Source: Harriotta raleighana
Lineage: Eukaryota
Direction: 5' to 3'
DNA length: 64,000 nt
Assembly: GCA_050575255.1 (NCBI GenBank)
Contig: JBNZDD010013721.1
Location: 7,749,671 to 7,813,670, forward strand
Below are positions 63,600-64,000 of this stretch, in pieces. The notes beneath the pieces were generated by a model. That model was not told the origin of the DNA and ran no database searches. It saw nothing but the letters and a program-made list of their open reading frames with translations. Numbering within the stretch: position 1 is the first letter of the stretch; every line of letters begins with the position of its first letter. Position numbers and translations under genes: made by a program.

Positions 63600-64000
63600 C
63601 TAAACATCTTTTTTACCATGGAAGGTAATGAAAACCATGGAGAACTATGATAGTTATTCGAATGTTAGGCACATCTTAGAATTGATGGCACCTTGGAATT
63701 GTAGTTAAGTTCCTCTCCCTACTGCCTATGACTCCCCCAATTCACCTAATCCTCAAAAATTGATCTAAGATTTGGAGGTGCCTAAATTTGAGTAAATGTC
63801 AGAATCATAGAAATTCAGTTGTTTTGTTTCATTATCACTGTAAGTCCATGGACACTGTCGATGGGATGTGAGCGACAGGGCAAGAGTGGAATGTAATAGA
63901 TTTGGAACATACGAATGAAGCTCTGTCAACCGTAATATGCAACATCTTAGTTTTATACCAAAAATGTACCAAAAATGTTACCTCTTAATTGTACATCAAT

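Overview
Eukaryotic, AT-rich, repeat-dense DNA that reads as vertebrate intronic or intergenic sequence. It is not prokaryotic, so there are no operons, CRISPR arrays or long ORFs. The repeat mix (tRNA-headed SINEs with a Deu-like core and L2-type 3' tail, L2 and CR1 LINE remnants, LF-SINE-like relics) suggests a cartilaginous fish such as Callorhinchus, which is an inference from recalled repeat consensus sequences. About 20 SINE copies, several CR1/L2 fragments (including L2 RT at 540-990 and CR1 EN/RT at 59070-60600) and microsatellites are visible. Several short minus-strand segments have canonical splice sites, open frames and largely compatible phases (best: 62669-62842, 43565-43728, 11615-11684). 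They suggest the window lies inside one large, unidentified multi-exon gene. Repeat-free homeobox-motif-rich blocks and a compact DR2/ER2 nuclear-receptor element are candidate enhancers. Six single-N positions flanked by near-identical duplicates are assembly artefacts. No novel biological system can be established from the sequence alone; the findings are hypotheses, and repeat boundaries are approximate.
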